A stretch of DNA of 64,000 bases from Eledone cirrhosa (GCA_964016885.1 OZ024740.1:193688001-193752000), one strand, 5' to 3'; positions 1 through 14,228 are shown, numbered from the stretch's first letter. Notes: generated from the sequence alone by a model not told the origin. Numbers and translations are program-made.

Positions 1-429
1 TTCAATTTCTTATATAGTTAATTATGCTAATTGGGAGAGGAAATAGTTTATATTTTATCTTGTGATTCTACAGACATGCCTTATGATATATATATATATA
101 TGGTGGCTGCCAACTCGTTTTCGAGTACGGCCACTACTTTATATCCATGTAGGAGAACCCCTACCGATGCGCTGAATGAATGTGAAAACTCTGGTACAAA
201 CGACTTGAAAACTCTTGTACAAACTGTGGTACAAACACTTGACTTGTGACAATTATTGACACATAGTGCTGGGCCCATGGTATCATGTGATGACAAGTGC
301 AAAGAGATCTCCAGATATAAAGCAATGCCTGTGCCGTGAAGCTTTTATAGTGAGCAAAGGCACTGCACAAATCCACTCCCACTCTCTTAACCAAGATGAT
401 ATTACCAAAAAGAAGAACAAGTCAACATC

Positions 430-800
430 ATTGGATACCATCAGGGTTGCAGGTGTTATATCAGAGTTTTCCTTCTCCTAGAAGTCTGCCTTGACAAAGG
501 CTAAGGAGTCATCTCCCCCGGTCATTTTGGATGTCCATTGACTCTTAAGAGCTCCTTCGCCGTATGACATGTATATGTGTTTGTGCGTGCGTGTATGTGT
601 GTGTATATATGTATATATAGTCCTGGGTATGACATTCAACTACATCCAGTGGCAAGGCTCTAGTTCGGGAGTTCAGCAGCTGTGGGGAATTTGGAGTTAC
701 GCCTTAGTTGTCGTAACTCCCAGGTCTGCTCTGGCCCGGAGTAGTAGTAACTGTTATGGCCCCATTTATAGGCTAAATAATTACCTTATTCGAGTGGCGC
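430..800. repeat. Short interspersed repeat fragments (SINE/MITE-like) upstream of the LINE
   Basis: GC-richer islands (gagttttccttctcctag..., gtcctgggtatgac...ctcccaggtc) resembling common cephalopod repeats; from recall only, single copy here. Confidence 0.35.
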
Positions 801-879
801 CGATAAGGTATTATCAGCCATTGAAAATAACATGGAGAGTGTATTTAAAAGAACTAGGATTAGAGCCCCTAACTACACT

Positions 880-3800
880 GTCAAGGAGCAGTCTTGTCAT
901 TGTCACTCTGCTGGTTAGAGGCACAGGGAGGGTCAGTGGATGATGGATCAGTTGTCTCTAAGACAAATATAAAGATTGCAGTATTGCACTGCAGAAGAGC
1001 CATTAAAATAGGCACTCTGAATGTGAGGACTATTCGGATGCTGGAGAAGAGAGAAGATTTGGGACATATGTTCGAGGTGAGTGGTATGCAGATACTTGCG
1101 ATCAAGAACACAGGATCCTACACGATGAGCCCGTGAGGAGTGTGATGATTGGGAAGAGGAGCCAGCTCATCACCACATCAACAGTGAATAACATGACCAA
1201 TGCTGCAGTAGGGGGAGTGGGTTTTGTTTTCAGCGCAAAAACCAGTCTATTGGTGAGGGAAATAATACCTGTCTCCCCGCGATTGTTGAGAGTGACCTTC
1301 AATGGAAACCCAAGCATATAGTCCAACTAAGGGAAACAGTGATGTGAGTGCGTAACAGTTCCATGGGGAGGTGTGTAGAGCTGTCAATACCACACAAGCT
1401 CACAACATCCTGCTTTTTCTGGGGGACGTCAATGCACATCTGAGTAAGGAGAGCAGTGAAGGTCCTTGCTGGTATTTCCATAACAACACCAACCGAAATG
1501 GAAGACTACTGAGAGACACTCTGGAGGCGAACTTGATAGCAACCAGTCTAAGGTTTAGGAAGAATCCGTGGAAGATGTGGACCTACATCTCAGATATGCA
1601 CTTGTCCAAGTCCCAGATTGATTTCATTCTGGAGAGGAAAAAGCATCGGATTAGTGTTCTGAAACCAGAACCATACACCTATTTCAGTACACTGGGCAGT
1701 ACCCACCGGCCTGTTATGAGTGAGGTCCGAGTGAGCTTAAGAAAGAGCAAGGCTCAGTCCCAGAGAGCAATCTATGACTATAGAGCTTTCAAGGAAGATG
1801 ATAAGCTACAGGAGAAGTTCACAGTAGATGTGAGGAAGAGGTTCAGTGCTCTGTGTGGAGAGACAGAGTAGAGAGAGATTGGAGGGACTGAGGATAGTGT
1901 GACAATGATGTACGGATACTTCACCAATTCAGTGGCGGAAACAAGTGAGACCCTGGTGTAGAAGAGAAAGAACAAAAGGAAGAACGTCAGCTCTGCAGAC
2001 CCAAAATTGTGTGCAGCCAGAGAACACATGAAAGCTGCCAAGGATCAATTCTATGCTGATCCTACGGAGGAGAGGAAGGAGAATCTGGAGGTGATGAGGG
2101 AAGATCTCTGTACCGCTTACACTGAGGCCAGAGAAGAGGCACTGATAGAGAATATCAGAAGTGTGCAGAGAGCGGTTGACAGGTCTAGATGTAGGGAGAG
2201 CTGTATGATCATCAACGAGATCACAGGGTAGAAGAGAAAGGTGTTCGAGTCAGATCCAGGGAACAGGGCCCATGGATAGGAAGGGGGAAATGGCTGGACC
2301 ATTTTAGGTCCCTACTAGGAGAGCCGCTCTCCACAGCTCATAACACTGGGGAGTTGAGCCGGCTGTTGGCGGAACTGGATATTGAGACAGGGCCCTTCAC
2401 CAGATAGGAGCTTCAGAGAGCCAAGAAGAAGATCAAGGAGGGCAAGGCTCATGGAAAAGATGGAGTGGCATCAGAGGTGATGAAGAGGTGTGATTTTGAT
2501 GGTATCATCCTGGAGTTCTGTAACCAGGCACTGGAGAAAGGTCTTGCCACGAATGAATCAGTGTAGGATCAGTAACATCGTCCCAGTGCCAAATAAGGGG
2601 GATCTCTCTAACCCCAACAACTACAGGGTGATATCACTGACGTCACTTGTGGAAAAGAGCCTTCACCAGAATGATTCTTAACAGGATCCAGCTCGAGATG
2701 GAGAAGCTCAGGGTCAACCAGAACGGCTTCAGAGAGAGAAGATCAATCACCAGTCACATCCTGATGCTGAGGAGGATATTAGAGGGAGCTAGAGCAAAGA
2801 GCCTTCCTGCGGTGATGGTTTTCATTGACTTTAGGAAGGCCTTTGATTCTGTGGACCATCACTGCCTGATGAAGATCTTACAGGCTTATGGAATCCCCAA
2901 GAAGATAGTGGACCTGATATCACTGCTCTACATCCACACGAAAACCCAAGTCATTATACCTGATGGGATGACAGAGTTCTTTGAGATGCTGGCTGGAGTG
3001 CTCCAGAGAGATAGATTGGCTCCCTACCTTTTTATCATCGTAGTGGACTACTGTATGCGCTCGCGCTGGAGAAACACCAGAACTCTGGCTTTATTGTAAC
3101 ACCGGCTCAGAGCAGGAAAGTTGAGTCGAAAAAGATATCGGTTGATGAATTTGCCTATGACATAATTTTGGTGACAAACACAGTGAAGGAGGAAGGGGAT
3201 TTGATGCAGAAGGTTGAGACTGTCAATGCGTGTGGGGCTGAGAATGAATGAGATTAAGAGGAAATATCTGGTAGAGAATATTAAGAAGCCAGAGAAGATT
3301 ACTAATGTAGGCAGGAAGCCGCTAGAATTGGTTGAGGACTTCCTGTATTTGGGAGCAAAGATTGGGAATACGGAAGATATGTGGTCGAGAGGAAGAGCAA
3401 AGCCTGGCCGGCGTGCCACAATATGAGATCGGTGTGGAAGTGGGACCTTCGTAAATAACTGAAGATCCGCCTCTTGTTTACTGTCGTGGAGTCTGTGCTG
3501 CTGTACGGGTCTGAGACTTGGACATTGACCAAGAAACTCACTCAGATGGTGGATGGGTGCTACACGAGAATGCTGAGGATGGCTCTGAAAATTAATCAGT
3601 ATACACTGAGGATGAAGAATTCAGAGCTGTACGGGAGCCTCCCAAAAGTCAGTTCAAAAGTGACACAGTGGAAACTGAGGTTAGCTGGACATGCTCACTG
3701 ACATCCAGAGTTTATACTGCACTCAGTGATCCTGTGGGTGCCTCTGCATGGACACACTGCAACAGGAAGACCGAGGCTAACATATGTTGATGCCCTAAGT

Positions 3801-3899
3801 ACAGACACTGGCATCTTGGATACGCAGGACATGGCAGCAATAATGAGAGACAGAGACCGCTGGAGAGTACTTGTCCATGGATCTCAGGAATTTTACTCG

Positions 3900-3900
<1 letters not shown>
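880..3900 (+). mobile_element. Degenerate RTE-clade LINE (APE endonuclease + reverse transcriptase), multiple frameshifts/stops
   Basis: ORF fragments give KIGTLNVRT (APE start), LGDVNAH, SQIDFIL, NQNGFR, FIDFRKAFDSV, GVLQRDRLAPYLF, DFLYLG, SVLLYGSETW, RLAGH, GRPRLTYVD; ends at (TA)n at 3901. Confidence 0.9.
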
Positions 3901-3938
<38 letters not shown>

Positions 3939-3940
<2 letters not shown>

Positions 3941-4491
3941 AAAGAAATAGGATTTCGCTTCAAGTATAGCTTTATACAATATGTATAAATATTTCGTATC
4001 TCCAAAGAAATACGGGTTTAGGAAGCCGTAGCTATGTAAACACCGGGGGGCTAACGCCCTCTGGTGATGTCCAGCAGAAGCAAGGGGGAGAACCGTCTAT
4101 GCATTTGAGGCTTAACTGGCCTACGTCTGGACGGTCCCTCCAACCGCTTGCGACTGCTGGACTAGAAGAACAGGAAGAATATATACTTTTCTCGTCTGTG
4201 TAAATGAGGTGATTAATCTCATTTGCATATGAAGCTGCATAAGTTGGCTCAACTTATTATAAAACCGTATTTCATTTACACAGGCGAGAAAAGTATATAT
4301 TCTGGCCTGTCTTCTAGTCCAGCAGTCACAAGCGGTGGGACGGACCGTCCTGACGAAGGCCAGATAAGCCTGAAATGCATAGACGGTTATCCCCCTTGCT
4401 TCTGCTGGACATCACCAGAGGGCGTTAGCCCCCCGGTGTTTACATAGCTACGGCTTCCTAAACCCGTATTTCTTTGGAGATACGAAATATT

Positions 4492-4495
<4 letters not shown>
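3939..4495 (+). mobile_element. Non-coding fold-back element with hammerhead (PLE-derived), arms 3984-4207 / 4272-4495, in (TA)n
   Basis: Arms are reverse complements; extra ~45-nt tail on the left; (TA)n on both sides. Confidence 0.85.
4344..4387 (+). ncRNA. Minimal type I hammerhead ribozyme
   Basis: accgtc-CTGACGA-aggc(cagataa)gcct-GAAA-tgca-TA-gacggt: stem I accgtc/gacggt, stem II aggc/gcct, palindromic stem III atgcat. Confidence 0.85.
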
Positions 4496-4544
<49 letters not shown>

Positions 4545-5799
4545 TATAACATTTGATATCGTAGGAAATGAGTTTTAACGCTTCGGAAGTTAGTCGTAAG
4601 AAAATAGAATGAGAAAGATGGAAGAGGGTGAGAAGAGGAAGAAACAGAAAAAAATGTTTGAAAGAAAACACGTATGTAATAAGTTATCGATTTAGGGAAT
4701 ATCAGTATATTATTGTAATAGTGAAATAGAAAGAATTATGCCAAAAACTGTATTTGTTTTACCTCAGTGATCCAAGTCCTTAGGAACTGTTTATTTCAAT
4801 ATCGTTGAAGAAAATCTTGCCTATAAGCCATGTTGTTAAATGCAGAAAACATATTTTGATCTTACTGGACATTCTGGTCCTTTCTCTTATAGTTGTTTGG
4901 CTGTTCTCTTCAACCAGCTTGGTGAGCGTATAAGCTTCACTACGTATGGATAATAAGTCCAGAATATATGTCCTGCATTCATTAAGTTCGATTCCATAGA
5001 GGGTCCACTCCCAAATATATTAAATTAAGGAATAACTTAGCATTGTTGCTATTTATATAGGTATACATATCTGGCATTCCTCACGTTTGCTTCTTAGACA
5101 GGCCTACTTACAATTTAGTAGATTAAGGAATTTCATAGGATTTTTGTTAGTCATATTGAAATATATATGTTGCTTTCAATACATTGGCTTCTTAAACATC
5201 TCTTACATTACATTAAGGAATGTCATAGCAATGTTGTTATTTATACTAATTCTGAAATCTAGAGTGAAACATAACATTGTCTGCGTTCTATTTCTAATCT
5301 TATATGTAAATCTCACAGATGTAGCTACATAGATAAATACCTGGTTACGGAACAATCTTATGGCAATCTTACATATACCTAAGCTGGAAAGTAAATTCCG
5401 TATGTTCTTTAGAGGATGATTAGAATTTCGTAAAAAGCAGTACAATATTTCCCTTCATTTCCAGTACGAAGTAAATCTACTTTGCTTTCCCGTTTAAAGT
5501 AACGTCGATAAAATACACAACATTTACTTTAATTTCCACCATAACCTTTAATCGCATGCCGCTTGTGAACTTCATTATTTTCTATTTTTCCGTTCATCTT
5601 CAAGTATAATTATAATCCATGACCTCATTAATTCCTGTGACTTACCTCCGAAGTAAGGATCCTGTCAATATGCTGTCAAACTCAGTCTTATTGGCTGTGT
5701 CAGAGGGTGTCATGGAATCGAAGTTCCGCCAGTGTAATCATTTCCTAAAATAACATGAGACGGAATAACTAAACAAACACAGCCTCAAGCTCGCACATG

Positions 5800-6300
5800 T
5801 GGTTTATTCGAAAGGAAGCAAGAATTCACGTGTACAGTTTATCAAGTAGCAGCTTCTAATGATTGCTCCTTCTTCTCTTCAATGAAGTTCAGGATCAGTC
5901 AACGCAAAATTTCTTTTTGTGTTTCAATTTATCTCCTGTAAATCCTCCATTGAAGCCCTAGAGTTGCTGCCATTCATTCTTGAGATATATGTCTTTTAAT
6001 TCAACATCGAGCATTGCTTTCATGTAAAAATATTCATTTTTTTGTCGGCAATTCGAATCCATGTCTCTAGCCTTGTCAGTTATATTGTTGCTTGAATTCG
6101 AATTACATGTTATATATTTGGAAGGTTCCAATTATATCACTTTGACTACCCTCCCTTTCAGGTGTCAATCGCTACCATTGTTTATTGATATCTTCCACGA
6201 GCTTGATCAAAATAAATGAATAGAATGTCGCCTGGGTTCTGAATGAGGATATCAAGGGAAAGTTGGTTGAATAATGCTTTTTCATAAAATGAATTTCAAG
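5800..6300 (-). mobile_element. Possible highly decayed LINE 3' fragment
   Basis: Weak RT-thumb-like remnants on the minus strand; no clean motif. Confidence 0.2.
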
Positions 6301-8519
6301 ACCAAACTACAAAGATTTACATTTAAGAAGATGTGGAAGAAAAGTCGACAATGTTTAACAACAGTAAAACTTACTAACATAAAAGAAAACAAAACGTGGA
6401 TGTTGTGTGTATTTCATCTACTTACAATTTTCTAATCACAAAAGATAAATACCATATATAAGTTTTTCCTCTTAAAATGTAACAGAAAATGATTCAAAAG
6501 ATCTCCATTGACGTGTAGGGAGAGGAACTGTGTAACAATATTTTCAAATGTTAATTATTTTAAATGATTAGTTCTAATGCGGCAATCTATAGCATTCATT
6601 TTTTTATTCTTTTTTAATATTAATTATAAAAAAAGGAATTACATTTATTTGTGAATTTAGAAGAAAAATATGGTGAGAAAGTGTAACTATGTATTAAAAA
6701 AGAAAATGAAACCATTGCAAATGTAGATATTAACAGAAACAGATATCAATTTTAAGAAAAATGAAAATAATAATTGCGTCTACAACATTAATTAAAAGAA
6801 TATAATGCAGAAAGATCGTCAGGATGTCGGTGTAGTGTTGTTTTAAAAAGTGTAAATTCTTTGCCGCATTTATTAGCAAACGAATTACTTTCACTGCGGC
6901 AAAAGTGCCTCTATTCAAAAATAAAATATTTATAATATAAAAAAGAAATAATTTAGATAAGGTGTTTCTAAAGAAATTGAATCTATATACAAATAACATT
7001 TTAGAAAATAATAATAAATTATTGCAAATATAAATAGAATGTAGAAGTAAGCTATGGAATTCTAATTTTTTTCTAATTTCAACAGAAAAGAAAAAGTACA
7101 CATCTGTGTTCGCAAATTGTGTTTATATTGGATTTTTTATTGCTGATAATATCTTCTGCTTCCAACTCCTGCAAAAGCGTCATTGCTTTTCAAGTGACAG
7201 GAACCGAATTTTGAACCCAGAAGACACATATTCAAAACTGATATCAGAAAATATCCAATCCGACTACCTAATTCCCTCTGGATATGTACATAGTCTGTTG
7301 ATTCCGAAAACTTGCTATGTTTGTTAATCATGCTGGGATTTGAACTCATAGCGCATAGAGTGAAACATATGAATAACATATAATTACAATGCTTGAAATC
7401 GTCTGCCAATTAGTCACATAGATAATATACAGATTAATATCAATATTATTCTTTGTTAAATGAAAAGGATATTTTTCATATGTGGTCCATTAATTATACA
7501 AAGATATTAACTTTCGTATTCATATTTTACATCTGTATATATTATTTATTTCCTTATTTGCTGCTGAGATGGGAATCTTTTCAAACTCTCATTTCTCTGG
7601 CATGTAGAAATTCAATTAGAATGTGTCTAAATTTCCTCCTCTACTTCTTCAGTGTCAGTGCCAATTGCCTTCATGTATTATATTGTCTCTTTTCTGACAA
7701 CAGCGTATTTTTGTATACAAATTAAGGGATTCATGATCACGATATCAGTATATTCCCCAATCCCATAGCAAATTCAAAAGCCGCGATTTGGCCTACAGAA
7801 TCTGCTTCATGTGACAACTGCAGTAGACAAAACTAGGGGATAAGCAGTTCATTATTATTTATTATTTTTAAATGTAAAATAGTTTCCAACGATCAAACAA
7901 ACTATTGTTCAGTTCTCAAAAAATTTATGACTTTGCATCCTCATTCTTGTGTGTGTGTGTGTGTGTCTGATTTTGTGTGTGCTGCAGCCATCAAACAAAT
8001 TTAATCGACATTATATGCAGCTAGGTGTATTTTGATTTTAAACAAAATGTGGTAGAGTCAGATGTAGGGATTAAACTCTAAGTCACTGTGCAATACTTTA
8101 ACGCCTCCTAAGGATATATATGAAATATGGTGTATTGACTATCTTTTAATGTTATTTGTCAGTGAATTTGCTTAAGGTTTGTATAGCATACTACCGATGC
8201 AGTGATGCATAAACAAAATACAGAAGGCATTGCGGGAACAACAATTGACAAACCAAAATATAGAGCAATACGAGAAACTCGTGATTATATATTTTCTATA
8301 TATGTTCAAGGGATCCTCTGCCACCTATTGCACAAATGTTATTGCACAATGCACATTATTGGTTCTCATAAAGCCTATAAATCATATCAAAATTAAACGC
8401 TTTGTTATGTGTACTTTGTAATTTGTGTTGTTCAAATTATTTCTTAATCAACATAAAACAAAATATTTACCAGTGCTATTTTTTTTTTTTAAATAATTAA
8501 TTAATGTACCCTTAATGAA

Positions 8520-9100
8520 ATAATTGTTGCTACTTTTGACACAAGACCAGCATTAAATCAATGTATCACTGGTACTTTATTTTATCGATCCCGTAAGGAT
8601 GAAAGGCAAAGTTAACCTCGGTGGGATTGAACTCAGACCATAAACGACCGTAACACTTTGCTGCAAAGCATGGTGCCAGGTCCTCTACCGGTACTGCAAA
8701 TCCACCGCCGTTAATGAAATAATTGTTTCCACATTTGGCACAAGGCCAGCAATTGCCCAGTGCATTACTGTTACTTCATTTTATAGACACTGTAAGGATG
8801 AAACGCAAAGTTAACTTCGGCGGATTTGAACTCAGAATGGCAAAGGCCGTAACTCTATGCGTCAAAGCATGGTGTCCGACCTTCTACCGATACTGCCAAT
8901 CCACCGCCCTTAATAAAATAATTGTTTCTACTTTTGGCACAAGGCCAGACATATCCAGTACATTACTGGTAGTTTATTTCATCGACCTCATAAGGATAAA
9001 AGGCAAAGTTAACCTCGGCGGGATTTGAACTCAGATCGTAAAGGGACGTAACTATGCTGGAAAGCATGTCCGACACTCTACCGATACTGCCAATTCACCA
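8520..9100 (-). repeat. Three tandem copies of a ~190-bp tRNA-derived SINE
   Basis: Units at ~8520-8712, 8720-8910, 8918-9100; minus strand has A-box-like TGGCAGTATCGG and B-box-like GAGTTCAAATCC, then gcctttcatcc core and AT-rich tail. Confidence 0.85.
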
Positions 9101-9191
9101 AATAATGCCAAGGTAATATATTGTTTATGAATATATGAATTACAAAATACTTGTCATCATTTACAAGAAGAATGAATATTTTAACACGTAG

Positions 9192-9505
<314 letters not shown>

Positions 9506-9512
9506 TTGGTGA

Positions 9513-9701
9513 GATAATTGTTGGCCTGGTGCCAAAAGTAGAAACAATTATATACATGAACAGCATAGTTACGTCCCTTTACAATCTGAGTTCAAATCCC
9601 GCCGAGGTTCACTTTGCCTTTCATCCTTAGGGGGTCGATAAAATAAAGTACCAGTAACGTACTGGGTATTTGCTGGCCTTGTGAAAAAAGTAGAAACAAT
9701 T
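9513..9701 (+). repeat. SINE fragments (same family)
   Basis: gagttcaaatcccgccgagg...gtagaaacaatt. Confidence 0.8.
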
Positions 9702-9725
9702 ATATATATATATATATAAATAAAT

Positions 9726-9792
<67 letters not shown>

Positions 9793-10910
9793 GACATATA
9801 TATATATATAAGAATTAAAATACTAGAGTGTGTTGGAGTTAAACACCCTCTTCATATTATAGAAATGACAGTATGAGATATACCTCAATGTAATTAAACA
9901 GAGCCGAAGAATTATAAAAAATAAACCAAAAAAGCCTTCAATACATCAAAAGTCTTTATTAGCCATCAATGTTTCGTCCTATTAAGGACTCATCAGGGCA
10001 AGTAAAGCTACAAGAAGCACTATCTGCCAATACAAGCCAAAAACTCAGAAGAATATGGAGTATACATCTATTAAAGCCTAGGAAGGATATCAAGGAAAAG
10101 TAGGCTAAGATTAAGAGTGAGCAGTTACAAACATAGATATAGACCAAATAGCAAGGAATTGATTAACATGTTGAACCCACATTGTAAATAGTATATAATG
10201 CACAAACTTGAAACACAAATGGTAATATAATGCGAGAATTACAGTACGATATAGAATATAATATAATGTAATAGATGGTGATAATAAAAAGCTTAATATA
10301 TGTATATATATATATCTATACATATATACATTAGTACAAACACAAACTAACGCTTATTAAGTATTTAAATATATATATATATATATTGTTTACAGTATAA
10401 TATAATAAAGATAAAAATAAGAATAAAGATAAAAATAAAAATAAAATATAATATATAATTCCCTGTCAGTGTGCATAAACAATATAAAAACATTATAATA
10501 ACATTATAATAACAATATTATATTATATTGGCATCAAAAGATATACAAAATTACATCATATATATAATTCAAGGTTAACAAATAGTATAAAGATTTACAC
10601 AGGGTAAGAAAAAAATCATATAGAACTAAATAGTGTTGAAAAAAATATCTATACCATTGCAACAAATACACGGAGGTCAAGTCGTTTTACATTGGCAAAA
10701 ATATTACCAAAATATCACAAAATATTACAAAATATATCAGAACAGTACTTCAAATAACATATATTAAAATCTATAATACGATTACATAAAAATGATATGA
10801 TATAACAACGTTAATATCAAATATCAAACAGAGTCTAAGGAAATGCTTAATAAATATTTACGTGGTTGAGATACACAGACATATATTAATGAACAGATTC
10901 TTCTAATAGC

Positions 10911-11264
10911 ACATATATAGACTCCACATCTAATACTTTTAAAACTAGGTTTAATTCTCATATCTCTAATTTTAAGCATGTTAAGTTTAAGAACTCTACT
11001 CCTTTAGCACACCATATCTGGGATCTTAAAGGGGCAGGCATGTCATATAGCCTTAATTGGCGTATAGTAGCACGGTCTAATAACCTATCAACACACACTA
11101 AATTCTGTAATCTCTGTATGCTAGAGACCCACTCTATAATTTTCTGTAGGGAAGTTTTGCTTAATAGAAAGTCTGAGATATTTTCTTCCTGCCCCCATGC
11201 CATTTCTAATTCTTTCTTCTATTATAGACCTAAAAGTCCTGGTAGTTTAAATCCTATCCATTAG
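10911..11264 (+). pseudogene. GIY-YIG endonuclease C-terminal fragment of a PLE
   Basis: Frame reads TYIDSTSNTFKTRFNSH...PLAHHIWDLK...NWRIV...FCNLCMLE...LLNRKSEIFSSCPH (YIG degraded to YID). Confidence 0.75.
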
Positions 11265-12857
11265 CTGCTATATTTCCTTATCTTTTTTGTTTAGATTCAT
11301 TTTGATTACCATCATCTTTATTATTATTAGTTTTTTTACAACTTTTCGATTTTAGTTTCCATAGTCTTTTGGCTACCATACCCTATCTATCGTCTTAAGC
11401 ATTATTATAGTTTCACTACTAACACCTTGTGGGTTTATATCTTATTAAATACTTTGGTTGGAGTCTCATTCAACTAATGTACCTCCTCCTCTACACACTT
11501 AATATCTGCCCCTTCTATTATACTATATATACATTTCATCTTTATGCTCCTTTTATGATATTATATAATATATTGATTTTACTTTTATGCTCCTTCCTAT
11601 CCTCCATAACCTCTTTTCTTTCTGTTCCCTTTGGTCTACAATAGTTCTATTTAGAGTCCTTTTATTTGATAACGTTAGTCGACTGAACGGAGCATATTTT
11701 ACTCTATTCTTGATAATTTTATTGAAATATCTCAAACTTATACGTTTTTGATGACTTAAACTAAAGCCAATTTTGAAGTGACTAAATATGTATTTTAAAT
11801 ACTTTTAATATTAATTAATTTTAAAAGGTTTTCTAGTCAATTCGCCGCTTACATTTCTATCTCTTCTTTTACTTAACCGCTTGTGAGACCTAAGTAAATA
11901 TACTTGTTTTTGTTTTTCGATCTTCGGTTTATTTTATTTATTTTTTTACTACCACACGCTGTTCATTAATATATGTCTGTGTATCTCAACCATGTAAATA
12001 TTTATTAAGCATTTCCTTAGACTCTGTTTGATATTTGACATTAACGTTGTTATATCATATCATTTTTATGTAATCGTATTATAGATTTTAATATATGTTA
12101 TTTGAAGTACTGTTCTGTTATATTTTGTAATATTTTGTGATATTTTGGTAATATTTTTGCCAATGTAAAACGACTTGACCTCCATGTATTTGTTGCAATG
12201 GTATAGATATTATTTTTCAACACAATTTTTTCAACACTATTTAGTTCGATATGATTTTTTTCTTACCCTGTGTAAAACTTTATACTATTTGTTAACCTTG
12301 AATTATATATATGATGTAATTTTGTATATCTTTTGATGCCAATATATTATAATATTGTTATTATAATGTTATTATAATGTTTTTATATTGTTTATGCACA
12401 CTGACAGGGAATTATATATTATATTTTATTTTTATTTTTATCTTTATTATTATTTTTATCTTTATTATATTATACTGTAAACAATATATATATATATATT
12501 TAAATACTTAATAAGCGTTAGTTTGTGTTTGTACTAATGTATATATGTATAGATATATATATATATACACATATTAAGCTTTTTATTATCACCATCTATT
12601 ATATTATATTCTATATCGTACTGTAATTCTCGCATTATATTACCATTTGTGTTTCAAGTTTTTGCATTATATAATATTTACAATGTGGGTTCAACATGTT
12701 AATCACTTCCTTGCTATTTGGTCTATATCCATGTTTGTAACTGCTCACTCTTAATCTTAGCCTACTTTTCCTTGATATCCTTCCTAAGCTTTAATAGATG
12801 TATACTCCATATTCTTCTGAGTTTTTGGCTTGTATTGGCCGATAGTGCTTCTTGTAC

Positions 12858-12911
12858 CTTTACTTGCCCTGATGAGTCCTTAATAGGACGAAACATTGTT
12901 GACTAATAAAG
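12858..12911 (+). ncRNA. Hammerhead motif (mirror copy on minus strand at ~9953-10006)
   Basis: ttgcc-CTGATGA-gtcc(ttaata)ggac-GAAA-cattgtt-gac; each copy has one substitution near the cleavage site or stem I. Confidence 0.7.
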
Positions 12912-12964
12912 ACTTTTGATGTATTGAAGGCTTCTTTGGTTTATTTTTTCTAATATATATATAG

Positions 12965-13076
<112 letters not shown>

Positions 13077-13165
13077 GTACATAGACATATAATTATATAT
13101 TTATATACATATACACATACATACATATATATACACATACAGATACACACACACACACAAACACA

Positions 13166-13284
<119 letters not shown>

Positions 13285-14044
13285 TCAGGTTATCAATAAT
13301 GTAGTGATAATATATCGTTACGTTAGAGATGAACAGCGTACGTGCAGGTTTGCTCAACGAGTATAAATTATATTCCGGAGAAATGTAGAAAGGATGAATA
13401 TAAAATGAAAGTGCTTTTGTTAAAAAAGGAATTTATTAGGTGCTGACATATGTTTCTGTAACAGACCGAATACCTATGTATCGCTGCTTGCGTAATCATA
13501 TAATGTTAGCAAGTATTCGATAGCAAATGTATAATCAGTTGTCACTTCTTCAGAGATTTTATATATACATATATATATATATATATACTCCAAAGCTTCT
13601 TTCCGAATGTTCTAAACAAAATGCTATTCAAATATTTTTTATCACTTCAAATATTTATGTTGCATTATATTCTTCATTTATTTTCTTTTATATAATTTAA
13701 AAACACGAATGATTCATTTCACGATGACATATTTTAGATTGCACTTATCACTTTTCAACATCCGACATATCTTTCTTTCAACTTTTCCTTTTTATTATTT
13801 CTTAATCTATACCATTGATATGTGGACTCATCGCAGAAAATAATATTCTTAGATCAGCGATTAACCCTTCATTTAACCCTTAAATTATTTCTGCAAATCA
13901 TTTGTAAAATTTTCTAATGTTAAATAACTACGGTAAGAATGAACTATTTCGCCTATATTCGTTGTGCTCAGAAGTAAAGTTTGTCCTAAATGCGTAAAGG
14001 TCGAAATATATATTTGCAATTAACACACATATTAATTATATTTC

Positions 14045-14228
14045 CTTGGTTGGTAGTATCGGTAGGGGGTCGGACACCATGAATTGACGCATAGAGTTAC
14101 GGCCCTTGCCGTTCTGATTTCAAATTCCGCCGAAGTCAACTTTGCTTTCATCCTTACGGGGTTGATAAAATAAAGTAGAAGTAATGCATTGGGCAATTGC
14201 TGGCATTGTGCCAAAAGTAGAAACATTT
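14045..14228 (+). repeat. SINE copy
   Basis: tggtagtatcggtag...ttcaaattccgccg...gtagaaacatt. Confidence 0.8.

Larger units (their letters stand above)
9811..12954 (+). mobile_element. 5'-truncated Penelope-like element with ~990-bp inverted arms (9911-10896 / 11959-12954)
   Basis: Arms reverse-complementary; core holds the C-terminal half of a GIY-YIG endonuclease; hammerhead core in both arms; (TA)n flanks. Confidence 0.85.

Noticed and set aside
97-200. gtggctg...cggccac stem and ctgaatga..gaaaac resembling a ribozyme
   Set aside because: Core spacing wrong and no consistent stems I-III or HDV pseudoknot could be drawn
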